This document shows, piece by piece, positions 45,850 to 46,333 of a stretch of 46,333 nucleotides of DNA; position 1 is the first letter of the stretch; the number at the start of each line of letters is the position of its first letter. The position numbers and the translations under genes are program-made. The notes beneath the pieces were generated by a model. It saw nothing but the letters and a program-made list of their open reading frames with translations. It ran no database searches and was not told where the DNA came from. Source of the stretch: an uncultured Oscillospiraceae bacterium (GTDB lineage Bacteria > Bacillota > Clostridia > Saccharofermentanales > UBA5734); the NCBI GenBank assembly GCA_964534195.1, contig CAZHQX010000002.1, positions 1 to 46,333 of the forward strand. Direction: 5' to 3'.

Positions 45850-45865
45850 TTTCAATATCTGGTAT
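45850..45865. promoter_or_regulatory. Possible second, degenerate NrdR box
   Basis: TTTCAATATCTGGTAT matches about 10 of 16 consensus positions. Its centre lies 30 bp from the first box, which is close to the usual tandem spacing. Confidence 0.3.
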
Positions 45866-45866
45866 G

Positions 45867-45895
45867 ATTTTATAGATAAAGCCGGAGAGAGTCAA
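45867..45895 (-). promoter_or_regulatory. nrdDG promoter TTGACT-17-TAAAAT
   Basis: The reverse complement of 45890-45895 is TTGACT and of 45867-45872 is TAAAAT. Both NrdR boxes lie just downstream, consistent with repression. Confidence 0.45.
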
Positions 45896-46333
45896 GGCAG
45901 TTCTGAAAAATATATGCAAAACATTGTAATATTACTTCAAATTCCGCATAGCGAACTGTTGGACTTACAAACTGTACTATCCTGTATCTTCCAGGGATTA
46001 ATTTTTCTTCCAAATACTTCGGATATAGAATAAGTACAATTTAAGTTGTCATTTTGATGCACTGATAAAGTCCGTATACTTGGTGTAAATTGAATTACTG
46101 CGTGCACACCTTATAATTGTCAAGTTGTACGTTTTGATAAATGCTCTATACAAACTAAACGAATCAAATGAGGTTTTTGTTGCACCTAAATCGAAATTTT
46201 CTGTTTAAATATTTCATTTCGTCGATATTGCTATATTTGCAAGAGCGTTTTTGGTTATAGTGCCAATTAACCGTCCGCATCCCCTATCAGGAAATTTAGT
46301 TTTCGAACACAAAATCCTTAAACAATATTCCTT

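Noticed and set aside
45836-46033. 65-aa ORF on the + strand upstream of nrdD
   Set aside because: It starts inside the NrdR palindrome and has no SD. It lies in AT-rich promoter DNA, and its sequence has no recognisable features. It is most likely noncoding.
1-46333. Mobile elements, prophage, CRISPR arrays, defence islands, rRNA/tRNA genes
   Set aside because: I recognised no integrase, transposase or recombinase-like translation, no spaced direct-repeat array, and no tRNA cloverleaf or rRNA-like conserved stretch in any spacer. Gene content is housekeeping throughout.

Overview
This 46.3-kb segment reads like core chromosome of a Firmicute, probably Clostridia-type. That guess rests on single-chain PurL, class II Fba, NrdDG, a T-box, an NrdR box, frequent TGnTATAAT promoters and the yabE-like/ksgA neighbourhood. 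I call 36 protein-coding genes, one of them truncated by the window edge. They are tightly packed and about 80 percent lie on the minus strand. I saw no rRNA, tRNA, CRISPR array, transposase, integrase or phage genes.

Recognisable content, left to right:
- isochorismatase-family fragment, a degenerate PP2C-like protein, DUF3048/YerB-like lipoprotein
- smpB, tsaD, uppP, a membrane alpha/beta hydrolase, a CorA-family channel
- dut, translationally coupled to a long U32 peptidase; then zapA and rsmA/ksgA
- a DUF348-G5-3D (YabE-like) wall protein, a GGDEF cyclase, an unknown two-TM protein
- purL, htpG, a class IV aminotransferase, argG-argH
- a minus-strand run of RACo-like Fe-S ASKHA protein, 5-formyl-THF cyclo-ligase, MBL hydrolase, ACT(UPF0237), UPF0210 and a TPR protein
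- acyl-CoA thioesterase plus sortase, fba, an SDR
- a Val T-box leader, a small membrane peptide, then valS
- a cytoplasmic SASA-like esterase, and nrdD-nrdG behind a palindromic NrdR box

The window is mostly housekeeping. The observations most worth a second look are:
1. A dense, same-orientation DnaA-box cluster with helically phased repeats in the tsaD-smpB spacer, away from any dnaA.
2. A T-box whose first regulated ORF is an 87-aa two-TM peptide rather than valS.
3. The function-unknown ACT/UPF0210 pair coupled to a TPR protein.
4. A dUTPase with an insertion of about 66 aa.
5. A PP2C-fold protein that has lost its acidic metal ligands.
6. An unknown membrane protein plus diguanylate cyclase packed behind purL.

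All calls come from reading the translations and the DNA. No database search was run.
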